A stretch of 64,000 nucleotides of DNA from sequence record OZ035800.1; one strand, 5' to 3'. The notes beneath the pieces are model-generated. The model ran no database searches. It was not told where the DNA came from and saw only the letters and a list, made by a program, of their open reading frames with translations. The position numbers and the translations under genes are program-made. Shown here one piece after another: positions 46,612 through 56,150 of this stretch; position 1 is the stretch's first letter; every line of letters starts with the position of its first letter. Source of the DNA: Felixounavirus LF82P5.

Positions 46612-47681
46612 TTAACCAACACCCAATCTTTTTAGGTGGTGAGAGAAAGACATTTGACTCACTTAATAAACACTACCCAAAAATCTTTGAGCTTTATAAA
46701 CAACAAAAAGCACAAGATTGGTCAGAAGATGAGTTCCCTTTTGAACAATCACGTCTTGATTTTGAGAGTGTCCCAGCATCAATGTCAGGTGTAATGCTTG
46801 AGATTCTTAAGTGGCAGTGGGAAGCAGATACCCAAGTTGCTAAGAGCTTGGCATTCGCCTTTGCACCATTCATCTCTGATGACATCTATGCAACTGCAAT
46901 TATGAAGCAGTCTGAGATTGAAAACCTACATGCTCTTACTTACTCAGAGATTGTAAGGCAATGTATTAAAAACCCTGAAACAATCTTAGATGAGATTAAC
47001 CAGAATGTTGCTGTGCAAGACCGATTAAAAACTGTGAATCGTGTTCTTGAAGAATTACTGGATGAAGGCATAAACTATCGTCTCAGTTATGTGCGTGACT
47101 CACTTCTGGACAAAGACCCATTACACTTCCATAAAGTGATTCTAAAAGGTCTATTTGCAGTGACTGCACTTGAAGGTATTTCCTTCATGGCATCCTTTGC
47201 ATGTACCTTTGCACTTGATGCTCAGGATAAATTTCAGGGTATTGCTCAAGCTGTCCAGAAAATTATGCTTGATGAAATCCTTCACACTAAAATTGATATT
47301 GAAGTTTTAAAAGAAACTTTAAGAGATGATGAGTGGCAGAAAGCTTTTCAACAAATTCTTCCAGAGATTAAAGTAATCTTAGATGAAGTAGTTGAAAGTG
47401 AAGAGAAATGGTCGTATTATATCTTCTCCGAAGGACGTGCTGTAGTTGGCTTAAATACAAAGCTTCTTCATGAGTGGGTTTACTATAATGCTGCCCCACT
47501 GTATGATATGTTTGGAATTCCCAGAGATTTTGTAGCTCCTAAAGAACCACCTTTGAAGTACATGATTAAGAAGATGGAAATTGATAAAGAGCAGAATGCT
47601 AATCAGGAGCAACAGAACGGTGCGTACCTGTTGAATACTGTTGTAGATGATTTGAATAGTGGATTTTTAGAGGTTCCTTAA
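46608..47681 (+). CDS. nrdB: Ribonucleoside-diphosphate reductase small subunit
   Basis: 357 aa from ATG 46608 (AGGAGA RBS); follows nrdA; helical ferritin-like length and layout. Confidence 0.75.
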   Translation: MINQHPIFLGGERKTFDSLNKHYPKIFELYKQQKAQDWSEDEFPFEQSRLDFESVPASMSGVMLEILKWQWEADTQVAKSLAFAFAPFISDDIYATAIMKQSEIENLHALTYSEIVRQCIKNPETILDEINQNVAVQDRLKTVNRVLEELLDEGINYRLSYVRDSLLDKDPLHFHKVILKGLFAVTALEGISFMASFACTFALDAQDKFQGIAQAVQKIMLDEILHTKIDIEVLKETLRDDEWQKAFQQILPEIKVILDEVVESEEKWSYYIFSEGRAVVGLNTKLLHEWVYYNAAPLYDMFGIPRDFVAPKEPPLKYMIKKMEIDKEQNANQEQQNGAYLLNTVVDDLNSGFLEVP

Positions 47682-47923
47682 TGACTTATGTAATTTACTC
47701 CAAAACTGGATGCCCTCAGTGTGAGACTGCAAAGAATTTTGCAAAAGCTCGTGGTATTGACCATGTTGTGAGAATGTTAGGGCAGGACTATGAACTATCA
47801 GACCTGATGGATATTGCACAGATGCCAGTGCGTCAGATGCCATTCATCATGAAAACTGATGGGCAAAACCTAAAGCCTGTTGGAACGCTACAGAATTTTA
47901 TGGCAGAGGTGAATAATGCTTAA
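47681..47923 (+). CDS. nrdH: Glutaredoxin-like protein (NrdH-type)
   Basis: 80 aa with CPQC redox motif near N-terminus; coupled to nrdB. Confidence 0.7.
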   Translation: MTYVIYSKTGCPQCETAKNFAKARGIDHVVRMLGQDYELSDLMDIAQMPVRQMPFIMKTDGQNLKPVGTLQNFMAEVNNA

Positions 47924-48122
47924 ACGCCTTTGGGAAGGTTTGGTTGTTGATGCACCAGCTATTGTGATTGGTATGCTTATTGTTAACCTATTTACTGACT
48001 TTGAACAAGGTTCATTGTTTGGAGCTATGTTACTATGGGTTATCTTCGAAATATTAGAGATACAGTTAGGTATCACTGAAAAACTAAGAGAACTCTTTTC
48101 GAAGTTTTCTAAAAAGATTTAA
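47916..48122 (+). CDS. Small two-helix membrane protein
   Basis: 68 aa, two hydrophobic segments. Confidence 0.4.
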   Translation: MLKRLWEGLVVDAPAIVIGMLIVNLFTDFEQGSLFGAMLLWVIFEILEIQLGITEKLRELFSKFSKKI

Positions 48123-48129
48123 AATGAAA

Positions 48130-48151
48130 GGGTCTCTTCGGAGACCTTTTT
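48130..48151 (+). terminator. Rho-independent terminator upstream of nrdD
   Basis: Stem GGTCTC/GAGACC, TTCG tetraloop, TTTTT. Confidence 0.75.
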
Positions 48152-48170
48152 AGCATGTAAAGGGGCAATA

Positions 48171-50315
48171 ATGAACAAAGTACAGATTATTAAAAAGAAC
48201 GGCTCACTTGAAGAACCTGATATCAAAAAAGTTTTAGCAGCAGTCACAAAGTCAGCTAACAGAGTTGGTTATAAAGAGCTTCCACCAGATGTTACTCAAG
48301 CTCTTGAGTCAGCATTTATGAGGATTCTGGTAAAGTCCACTAAGCAGAATAATTTGCTAATTTCTGTAAATGATATTCACAGTATTGTTGAGGGTGCTTT
48401 GGCAGAAGTCAATCACGAGATTTATGAGTCTTACTCAACATATAGAAATTACCGTAAAGAAGTTGCTCAAAATTGGGATGAGCTTTACCAGAAGACCAAA
48501 GATACACTCTTCTTAGGTGACCGAGAAAACGCTAATTTTGACAGCAGTTTAATTTCTACAAAAGGTTCAATTATTCGTGGTTATCTGACTAAAGAAATCT
48601 TTAAACAGTACCACTTAACACCAGAGGAACTTGAAGCCATTGAAAAAGGGTTTATCTATATCCATGATTTAAGAGACCTAATTTTTGGTGGTATCAACTG
48701 TTGCCTGTTTGACATTGGTAAAGTCCTGAAAGGTGGCTTTGAAATGTCTGGCATCGAATATTGTGAACCGAAGTCTGTACTGTCAGCCTTACAGGTTATT
48801 GGTGATGTAGTTCTTTCAGCAACTGCACAGCAATTTGGTGGCTTTACTTTAGCAGAGATTGATAAGGTACTCATACCGTATGCTAAGAAGTCTCTACGCT
48901 ATCATGCTGAGAAAGCAGCATCTTATGGTATTCCTAAAGAACATTACCACAATTATGTCATGGAGCAGCTACAGATTGAACTGACTCAAGGTTTCCAGTC
49001 ACTTGAAATGAAACTAAACACTGTACCTTGTAGTCGTGGGGATTTTGCATTTACAACTTTGACATTTGGTTTACTTGATTCAGATATGTCCAATGAAGAT
49101 AACCGACTGCAATATATGATTGCAAGTACTCTCCTAGATGTTCGTATTAATGGACAAGGTAAGAGCAAGAAACCTGTTGTATTCCCTAAACTGGTTTATA
49201 TTTATGACCAGAAGAGACATAATGAGAATATCTGTCAAGGCCACCTGTACAGTAAAGCTATTGAGTGTTGCTCTAAAGCAATGTACCCAGATTTCTTAAG
49301 TGTGTCTGGTCATGGTGCTGTAGCAGGGGCTTTTGAGCGTTCTGGCAAGGTAATTTCACCGATGGGTTGCAGAGCTTTCTTATCCCCATATCTTAACGAG
49401 AATGGAGAAGAGTTCTACGTTGGTCGTGCTAATATTGGTGCTGTATCTTTGAACTTACCAATGATTTACCAGTATTCTAAAGAGAATGGTTTAGATTTCT
49501 GGAAAGAGCTTGATAAGTACCTAGAGATGATTCGTAGTTTCCACAAGAAACGTTACGAAATGATTGCTAATATGCCAGCAAGTTCTAACCCTCTTGCATT
49601 TACACAAGGTGGTCTGTACAAAGGAACTAAGAAGCCTACTGACAAGGTTGGTTGGGATATTGTGAAGTCCTTCACAGCTTCTTTTGGTGTTACTGCGCTT
49701 GATGAGCTATCTGTTCTTGCTGAAGGTAAACGACTTCATGAAGTTGGAAGCTGTAGTTTTGCATACGATGTTCTGGCATACATCAACATGAAAACTGAAG
49801 AGTTTAAAAATGAAGATGGCTTCTTATATGCCGTCTATGGTACTCCAGCAGAATCACTTTGCGGAACTCAGTTAAAACAGTTCAGAGATATGTTTGGCGT
49901 TATCAAAGGTGTTTCTGATAAGGAATACTTTACAAACAGTTTCCATATGAATGTTGCAGCAGACATCTCACCATTTAAGAAGCAGGACTTAGAAGAGCCA
50001 TTCTTCCATATCTGTAGAGGTGGCAGAATCCAGTATGTCAGGGTAGCTAACCCAGAAAACTTACCAGCACTTAAAAGCTGTATTACCAGAGGGATGTTGA
50101 AAGGTTTCTATCAGGGACTTAACTTTGACTTAGCAATCTGTGAACATTGTGGTAACAGACCAAAATCAGATGTTGAAGAGTGTGAAGTTTGTCACTCACA
50201 TGATATCTCTGTGATTAACAGGGTGTGTGGTTATCTTGGATGGACTAAGATTAAAGGTGAATCACGAATGAATGATGCAAAAATCGCTGAGATTCGTGAC
50301 AGAGTTTCTATGTAA
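48171..50315 (+). CDS. nrdD: Anaerobic ribonucleoside-triphosphate reductase
   Basis: N-terminal ATP cone; C-terminal Cys cluster CEHCGN...CEVCHSH and glycyl-radical motif RVCGYLG. Confidence 0.9.
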   Translation: MNKVQIIKKNGSLEEPDIKKVLAAVTKSANRVGYKELPPDVTQALESAFMRILVKSTKQNNLLISVNDIHSIVEGALAEVNHEIYESYSTYRNYRKEVAQNWDELYQKTKDTLFLGDRENANFDSSLISTKGSIIRGYLTKEIFKQYHLTPEELEAIEKGFIYIHDLRDLIFGGINCCLFDIGKVLKGGFEMSGIEYCEPKSVLSALQVIGDVVLSATAQQFGGFTLAEIDKVLIPYAKKSLRYHAEKAASYGIPKEHYHNYVMEQLQIELTQGFQSLEMKLNTVPCSRGDFAFTTLTFGLLDSDMSNEDNRLQYMIASTLLDVRINGQGKSKKPVVFPKLVYIYDQKRHNENICQGHLYSKAIECCSKAMYPDFLSVSGHGAVAGAFERSGKVISPMGCRAFLSPYLNENGEEFYVGRANIGAVSLNLPMIYQYSKENGLDFWKELDKYLEMIRSFHKKRYEMIANMPASSNPLAFTQGGLYKGTKKPTDKVGWDIVKSFTASFGVTALDELSVLAEGKRLHEVGSCSFAYDVLAYINMKTEEFKNEDGFLYAVYGTPAESLCGTQLKQFRDMFGVIKGVSDKEYFTNSFHMNVAADISPFKKQDLEEPFFHICRGGRIQYVRVANPENLPALKSCITRGMLKGFYQGLNFDLAICEHCGNRPKSDVEECEVCHSHDISVINRVCGYLGWTKIKGESRMNDAKIAEIRDRVSM

Positions 50316-50469
50316 AACTTGACATGGTGGTGTGAGTCTTGATAGGCTTACATCACCTTTTTTATTGGATGTTAGATATGGCAGAGAGTATTATTGGGTT
50401 GTTCATAGGTTCTGTCTTACTAGGGTTCTTTTTAGGACTCTCTTATTGTGAATTAAGAGGCAAGTTAAA

Positions 50470-50670
50470 ATGTTTAAAATATCAAAAGCGTTGATATACA
50501 TTCTCCACATTCTAATCTTCTTATTTGGGGTTAGTGTTATGGTATGGGGTTTTTCAGACCCACAATGGAGTTTCGCATATCAGGGTCAGATGGATTTATG
50601 GTCATGCTTCAAACCATTTTTAGGGTTAGTCATAGCATTCAGTGCATTGCCAACTAAGGTGAAATTATGA
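50470..50670 (+). CDS. Small two-helix membrane protein
   Basis: 66 aa, AGAGG RBS, two hydrophobic helices. Confidence 0.4.
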   Translation: MFKISKALIYILHILIFLFGVSVMVWGFSDPQWSFAYQGQMDLWSCFKPFLGLVIAFSALPTKVKL

Positions 50671-51062
50671 TTAAGTTGAACAAAAAACAGTTAGAGTGGA
50701 TTAAAGATTATGCCTCAGAGTGTGGCTCTTGCGAAAAGAATCACGTAAGATATTCAACATTCCATACGACCTTCACATTGTACCTCAGCGACAACGTTCT
50801 AAGTGATTCCGTAGAAGATGGTGTAGCGTTACCTAATGAATTGCTTGACAAATTAGCTGTAGTCTCTGGAACTTGGTCTGAAGAAGACGGTCATGAATTA
50901 TCTAACGATGTTGTCTTCTACACTCTTGAAAACATTATGAATCCAGAGTACATTATACTAATGACTTGTGCACAAGATTGTGTGCCATTACAAAACTTCA
51001 TTAAAGAACACTGCGAAGAATTTATTACTAAACAGGTTCCTTGTCAGGTGGTGTTTGAATGA
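50667..51062 (+). CDS. Hypothetical Cys-rich protein
   Basis: 131 aa ORF with ECGSCEKNH motif. Confidence 0.4.
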   Translation: MIKLNKKQLEWIKDYASECGSCEKNHVRYSTFHTTFTLYLSDNVLSDSVEDGVALPNELLDKLAVVSGTWSEEDGHELSNDVVFYTLENIMNPEYIILMTCAQDCVPLQNFIKEHCEEFITKQVPCQVVFE

Positions 51063-51358
51063 GTAAAACAATTCGAAGAAAAGGTTTAAAGAACGTTCAT
51101 GGACTCTATGAGTGGAGAAATGAGGTACGTAACAGAGAAAATGCTTCAGATGTCTACTTCCATTCTGATATGATGTCCAGAAAAGGTGGCTCTTACGACT
51201 TCACAAGCCAGCCTTGTAGAGAGATTAAGAAGGCCACTAAACGTCTTACAAGAACACAAATAAGGCAGCTTTCTAAGACATCCTTCTTAGATGAAGATTT
51301 TGATATTGATAGCAAGTCTCCAAAGAAAGCCGCTAAGAACACTTATATGTATTGGTGA
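51059..51358 (+). CDS. Hypothetical basic protein
   Basis: 99 aa ORF. Confidence 0.4.
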   Translation: MSKTIRRKGLKNVHGLYEWRNEVRNRENASDVYFHSDMMSRKGGSYDFTSQPCREIKKATKRLTRTQIRQLSKTSFLDEDFDIDSKSPKKAAKNTYMYW

Positions 51359-51367
51359 GGTAACTAG

Positions 51368-51853
51368 ATGAATTACATGGAGATTCGACCATTTGACACA
51401 GCTAATGGTGAAGGGGTTCGTGTAAGCCTCTTCGTAGCTGGTTGTAAGCATCACTGTGAAGGTTGCTTTAATAAGGAATCTTGGAAGTTTAATGCTGGTA
51501 AAGAGTTCACTTATGCAAACCTTTATGGCATCATTAAGTTAATGGATGATAATGCCATCAGTGGGCTGTCAATACTTGGTGGAGAACCTCTGGATGATAG
51601 AAACATTCAAGAGGTTACCAACATATGCAAACGTATTAAAACCGTTTACCCAGAAAAATCTATCTGGCTCTGGACAGGTTTTCAGTTACATGAAAAAATT
51701 CACCTTGATGTGATGAAATATGTTGACGTGGTGATTGATGGTAAGTATGATTCATCTAAACCAACAGTTAAACCGTATCGTGGTTCAGATAACCAAAACC
51801 TCTGGAGAAAAGAGTACGGATGGCAAGGTGATTGTCAGTGGAGAGCAGAGTGA
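51368..51853 (+). CDS. nrdG: Anaerobic ribonucleotide reductase activating protein (radical SAM)
   Basis: CKHHCEGC (CxxxCxxC) radical SAM cluster motif near N-terminus; 161 aa. Confidence 0.85.
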   Translation: MNYMEIRPFDTANGEGVRVSLFVAGCKHHCEGCFNKESWKFNAGKEFTYANLYGIIKLMDDNAISGLSILGGEPLDDRNIQEVTNICKRIKTVYPEKSIWLWTGFQLHEKIHLDVMKYVDVVIDGKYDSSKPTVKPYRGSDNQNLWRKEYGWQGDCQWRAE

Positions 51854-51949
51854 TTATTCTGGCAAATGGACTAAGGTATAACTCCAATTGGTATCACTGA
51901 AGAAGAACTTCATAAGTTCTGTATTAAACTTTAATGAGAGAGACTAAAA

Positions 51950-52216
51950 ATGGGAATTTTAGGTAATATGAAAGCTGGATTCTTGAAGGCACTGGAAAAA
52001 GCAGCAGCAATTGTTTCTATGACTGGAAAGCAGGTCGGTGTAGATGCTTCAGCGGTTGCACAGGTTCTTGCAAGCCAAATTGAACAGCAGCCTTACATCT
52101 ACGTAGGACGTGGTAAAGGTGGTAAGAAACAAGCCCACCGCCAATCTGGTGCAGCAGCTATTAAACGAGCAGCTAAGAAAGCTCGTAACCGTAAACGTAA
52201 CAAGAAGGTTAAATAA
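51950..52216 (+). CDS. Hypothetical protein with highly basic C-terminus
   Basis: 88 aa ending KRAAKKARNRKRNKKVK. Confidence 0.4.
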   Translation: MGILGNMKAGFLKALEKAAAIVSMTGKQVGVDASAVAQVLASQIEQQPYIYVGRGKGGKKQAHRQSGAAAIKRAAKKARNRKRNKKVK

Positions 52217-52218
52217 CC

Positions 52219-52539
52219 ATGAGCAAAGTTTATAACACTCGTAAATTACAGATTTTCGTACTGTGCCAGTTTATGGCTAAAGAATACAACTTCTACTATT
52301 GTGGTACAGGTTTTATTAGCGATGATGATGGCTCATACCTCCCATTCAAAGAAGCTGTAAAACTCTTTAATGAAGAGAAAAGCTCTAAGAAAGATATTGA
52401 AAAGGTTAAGCTAACCTACAGCAAGAAAGATAAGAAGATTATCTGCCTAGATAACTTTGTGAAAGTTACTAGAGAAGCAAAAGAGTTTATGGATGAGAGT
52501 GATATTTCATTCACAAGCATCTTGAAAGTAGCTCAGTAA
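52219..52539 (+). CDS. Hypothetical protein
   Basis: 106 aa ORF. Confidence 0.4.
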   Translation: MSKVYNTRKLQIFVLCQFMAKEYNFYYCGTGFISDDDGSYLPFKEAVKLFNEEKSSKKDIEKVKLTYSKKDKKIICLDNFVKVTREAKEFMDESDISFTSILKVAQ

Positions 52540-52550
52540 ACAGATACTAT

Positions 52551-52576
52551 AAGGGGACTGTAAAGGTTCCCTTTTT
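52551..52576 (+). terminator. Possible rho-independent terminator (weak)
   Basis: AAGGGGA/TTCCCTT stem with wobble, T-run. Confidence 0.35.
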
Positions 52577-52590
52577 ATTTTGGAGGTAAA

Positions 52591-53106
52591 ATGTATCTGT
52601 CAAACCTGAAACGTTCGGTTGCAATGTCAGTTCTAAGACTCAGCTTTGATGAGCGTCAAGAGTTTATAGACTCCCACAAATATGACCCTTCAAATTCTAA
52701 TCACATGGTTCTTTGGAATCGTGATAACTTCCGTGAAAGAGCACTTGTCCGTTATTACCCACACTACACAATAGATAACCTGTATGAATGGTGTGTTGTG
52801 AAGAACACCATTGCAACACTGAACAATCTTTGCAGGTATACGGGTAAGCAAACATTTACATTAGGTCATCACAAACCTGTTACAAAAGGTGGTGAACATC
52901 ACTGTGCAAACTGGTTTATCCAAACTAAAACTGATAACCAGAAGCAAGGAGATAGCCTCCTAAGTATCCCTAAGATGACCTATGAAGAGCAAGAGAAATA
53001 TATCAAAAATAATATGCCAGATGTGCTTGACAACAACTATACAGATTTGGCAATATCTCTCCTGTTGAAGTTCGAGACAGTTTATAGGGCAACTTATAAT
53101 GGCTAA
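52591..53106 (+). CDS. HNH-type endonuclease (candidate)
   Basis: CRYTGKQTFTLGHHKPVTKGGEHHCANWFIQTKTDNQK resembles HNH His-Me finger; GGAGGT RBS. Confidence 0.45.
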   Translation: MYLSNLKRSVAMSVLRLSFDERQEFIDSHKYDPSNSNHMVLWNRDNFRERALVRYYPHYTIDNLYEWCVVKNTIATLNNLCRYTGKQTFTLGHHKPVTKGGEHHCANWFIQTKTDNQKQGDSLLSIPKMTYEEQEKYIKNNMPDVLDNNYTDLAISLLLKFETVYRATYNG

Positions 53107-53377
53107 AGAAAAGTGGGAGATTTTACCATTAGTCAGTGAAGGAGGTAATGGTTGTGAAATGTACATGATACGTGGTCATGTTCCAGAGCCAATTGCACTT
53201 GAGATGGTAAACAACTTTACAGATGGTTCTTACAAAGACTTAGGCGAACCAACTGTCAAGCAACAATGGGTTAAACCTGTACCAGACAGCACAGGTAACT
53301 GTAGTGTACTTTATCACGTTGTAGACCCTGCAAAATGCAAATCTGCAATGGCAGTAACAAACGTAACTTTTGATTGA
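53099..53377 (+). CDS. Hypothetical small protein
   Basis: 92 aa ORF immediately upstream of Prs-like gene. Confidence 0.35.
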   Translation: MAKEKWEILPLVSEGGNGCEMYMIRGHVPEPIALEMVNNFTDGSYKDLGEPTVKQQWVKPVPDSTGNCSVLYHVVDPAKCKSAMAVTNVTFD

Positions 53378-53388
53378 GAGAGAAAACT

Positions 53389-54270
53389 ATGAAAACATCT
53401 ATCCGTGTTACAGTTCATTCACCAACTAAAGGAACTCATGAAGAAGAGTTTAACATCATCCAATTTCCTTCTGGTGAGATTGGTGGACACTTTTCTCCAG
53501 AGTTTGTTGATTTCACTGCTTATGCAGCATCATCCATCAACAATGTGATTATGATTGTAAAAGGTTATGATAAGGATACATTGTTTGCTGTGGCACTTGC
53601 TAAAGAAGCAATTGATGATTTAATTCCTCATGATTATGCTTTAAAGACTGTCATCTTTTACTACTTACCAAATGCACGTTATGACCGTCACATGTTTAAA
53701 GGCGACGCAGCAGCTTTAAAGGTTTTTGCTAAACAGGTAAATGCAATGGGATTTGGTGCAGTCTGTGCAGTTGACCCTCACAGTTACGTTCCAGATAACC
53801 TGTTTAACTGCTTCCAGAGTATTCCTCAAAAGGAGATTGCAGTTCACTACGCAAATGACCCACTGATTGATTACTTAGTAGCCCCAGATGCAGGTGCTGC
53901 TAAGAAGATTGCAGAGACTGCTAAAGAGGTGGATAAACCATACATCACAATGTCTAAGGTGCGTAACCTTAAGACTGGTGAAATTACTGGTATGCGAATC
54001 CTTGACGATGTTGATTTGACAGATAAAACTGTCATGATTCTGGATGATATTTGTGATGGAGGTCGAACCTTCATAGAAGCAGCCAAACATCTTCGTGAAG
54101 CAGGTGCAAAACGTGTGGAACTCTATGTAACTCATGGTATTTTCTCTAAAGATGTTGAAAACTTGCTTGACAATGGTATTGACCATATCTACACTACAAA
54201 CTCTTTAGGGGAAGCTAAAGACCGTGGCTTAACACATTATAGCCAAGTTACTGTAGCAAACCTTGATTAA
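53389..54270 (+). CDS. Ribose-phosphate pyrophosphokinase (Prs)-like protein; candidate ADPR pyrophosphokinase (Adps) of NARP1
   Basis: FPSGEIGGHF, VAPDAGAAKKIAE, MILDDICDGGRT match Prs family motifs; ATG 53389 with GAGAGAG RBS (track start 53374 is TTG); adjacent to NAMPT-like gene. Confidence 0.75.
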   Translation: MKTSIRVTVHSPTKGTHEEEFNIIQFPSGEIGGHFSPEFVDFTAYAASSINNVIMIVKGYDKDTLFAVALAKEAIDDLIPHDYALKTVIFYYLPNARYDRHMFKGDAAALKVFAKQVNAMGFGAVCAVDPHSYVPDNLFNCFQSIPQKEIAVHYANDPLIDYLVAPDAGAAKKIAETAKEVDKPYITMSKVRNLKTGEITGMRILDDVDLTDKTVMILDDICDGGRTFIEAAKHLREAGAKRVELYVTHGIFSKDVENLLDNGIDHIYTTNSLGEAKDRGLTHYSQVTVANLD

Positions 54271-54279
54271 AACTTTATA

Positions 54280-54300
54280 GGGGCTTCCAAGCCCCATTTT
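54280..54300 (+). terminator. Rho-independent terminator between Prs-like and NAMPT-like genes
   Basis: Stem GGGGCT/AGCCCC, loop TCCA, then ATTTT. Confidence 0.55.
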
Positions 54301-54315
54301 GAGAGAGATTAAAAG

Positions 54316-56097
54316 ATGACTAAATCACTTTATGCAGTACCAGCAGGTTTAAATGCAGATGCTTACAAATCTGGTCATGTTTACCAGTATCCTAGCGCAA
54401 CAGAGTACTTGATGTTCAATCTGACACCACGTAGCGACAAATGGTTTAACAGCCCCTTAGCAATTGACGGTGTAGTGGCTTTTGGTATTCAACGTTTTGT
54501 TAAAGATTACTTGATAGACCACTGGAATGCCACTTTCTTTGAACGTGATAAAAAAGAAGCAATTGACGAAATCTTAGAAGTCATGAATGGTGTTCTGGGC
54601 AAAGATGCTATCGGTCGAGAGCATTGGGAAGCACTCCACGATTTAGGTTATCTACCAGTTGAAGTATATGCTGTAGAAGAAGGTACAGTTGTCCCGATGC
54701 GTGTCCCAATGATTGTCTTCCAGAACACTGTTTCAGGCTTCCATTGGGTAGCAGGTTATCTGGAAGATGCTTTCTCTGCTGAGATTTGGAAGGCTTGCAC
54801 CATTGCGACTATTGCATTGCACTACAAACGTATATGTAAGAAGTGGGCTGACCTTACTTGTGACAATGACCTACATTTACCTTATCAGTGTCACGACTTT
54901 GCTATGCGTGGTATGTCCGGCTTTACTGATGACGCATTTAACGCTGTAGGTCACTTAACCAGCTTTAAAGGAACCGATAGCTTCCCTGCTGTATACACGG
55001 CTAAACGCATCTATGGACAGTCTTACCCAATCTCTGATATTGGTAGTTCTGTACCAGCCACTGAACACTCTGTAATGTGTGCAAACATTGCTTGGGAAGG
55101 TGGTAATGAGTTGATTGAAGAAGAAAGACGCTTTAAAGGTGAGTTACAAACCTTCCGTCGTTTCTTAACAGAAACTTACCCAACAGGTATTGCAAGCATT
55201 GTTTCAGATACTTATAACTTCTGGAGAACTGTGTCAGAAATCTTACCAGCACTTCGTAAAGAAATTATGGAACGTGATGGCAAACTGGTAATTCGCCCTG
55301 ACTCTGGAGACCCTGTACATATTGTCACAGGTTATAAAGCAATCCACTTAGAATGTGCTAAGAAGGCTTATTACGAGCACCTAAGCAAGCTGGAAGCCAG
55401 TGACACAATGTTGAATGCTGTTCTGAACATGAAGCTTGAGAACATCAACTATGGTATTGCTGGATGGCTACTGTCAGAAGGCTACGAGATGGTTGTTGAC
55501 AGAGAAGACTTTGAAGTTGCTGATACAGTGATGTTGAAAAATGCTTATATGGTTGGTTCTGCAAACGTTGTAACACGTCCTGTAGCTGAGATTGATGGAG
55601 CTATTAAGACACTGTACAACATCTTTGGGGGAACTATTAACTCTAAAGGCTTTAAAGTACTGGATGAGCATATTGGACTTATTTATGGCGACTCTATCAC
55701 GTTGGAACGTGCAAATGAAATACTGAAGCGTTTGTATGAAATGGGTTTTGCAAGCTCTAACGTAGTGTTTGGTGTAGGTTCTTACACTTACCAGTACATG
55801 ACTCGTGACACCTTTGCATTTGCTGTCAAAGCAACCCTTGCAAGCATTGGTGGTAAAGAGATTATGCTTGCAAAAGACCCTAAAACAGATAGTGGTGTTA
55901 AGAAGTCTGCTTTTGGTGGTGTAGCACCTATGTGGGATGGTGAAAATCTGAAAGCTGTAGATGGCTATGGGTTCCAGAGCTTTGCAGATGCACTTGAACA
56001 TCCAGCTTGTGCTTTACGTCTAGTCTTTAGTGACTCTGAGCAGTTCGGCTACACAACTCTTGGTGATATTCGAAATAATATTGACAAGCAGCTTTAA
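54316..56097 (+). CDS. Nicotinamide phosphoribosyltransferase (NAMPT/NadV)-like protein; candidate Namat of NARP1
   Basis: LPVEVYAVEEGTVVPMRVP, HDFAMRGMS, FKGTDS, SVPATEHS, VSDTYN, IRPDSGDP, FGVGSYTYQYMTRDT all align with NAMPT family as recalled. Confidence 0.85.
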   Translation: MTKSLYAVPAGLNADAYKSGHVYQYPSATEYLMFNLTPRSDKWFNSPLAIDGVVAFGIQRFVKDYLIDHWNATFFERDKKEAIDEILEVMNGVLGKDAIGREHWEALHDLGYLPVEVYAVEEGTVVPMRVPMIVFQNTVSGFHWVAGYLEDAFSAEIWKACTIATIALHYKRICKKWADLTCDNDLHLPYQCHDFAMRGMSGFTDDAFNAVGHLTSFKGTDSFPAVYTAKRIYGQSYPISDIGSSVPATEHSVMCANIAWEGGNELIEEERRFKGELQTFRRFLTETYPTGIASIVSDTYNFWRTVSEILPALRKEIMERDGKLVIRPDSGDPVHIVTGYKAIHLECAKKAYYEHLSKLEASDTMLNAVLNMKLENINYGIAGWLLSEGYEMVVDREDFEVADTVMLKNAYMVGSANVVTRPVAEIDGAIKTLYNIFGGTINSKGFKVLDEHIGLIYGDSITLERANEILKRLYEMGFASSNVVFGVGSYTYQYMTRDTFAFAVKATLASIGGKEIMLAKDPKTDSGVKKSAFGGVAPMWDGENLKAVDGYGFQSFADALEHPACALRLVFSDSEQFGYTTLGDIRNNIDKQL

Positions 56098-56111
56098 AAG
56101 TATATGATAAG

Positions 56112-56133
56112 AGGCTCCTACGGGAGCCTTTTT
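56112..56133 (+). terminator. Rho-independent terminator after NAMPT-like gene
   Basis: Stem GGCTCC/GGAGCC, loop TACG, TTTTT. Confidence 0.75.
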
Positions 56134-56150
56134 AATTTCTGGAGAAAACT

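Noticed and set aside
44064-50315. Group I introns or inteins in nrdA, nrdB, nrdD or the DNA polymerase
   Set aside because: All these reading frames are continuous at expected lengths with motifs in order; no internal stop-interrupted segments or intein-like insertions seen.
50319-50348. TTGACA at the nrdD stop as a promoter for downstream small genes
   Set aside because: Candidate -10 hexamers at 16-18 nt spacing (GATAGG, ATAGGC, TAGGCT) are poor matches.
50378-50494. 38-aa hydrophobic ORF between nrdD and the 66-aa membrane protein gene
   Set aside because: Weak RBS and it overlaps the better-supported 50470..50670 ORF in another frame.
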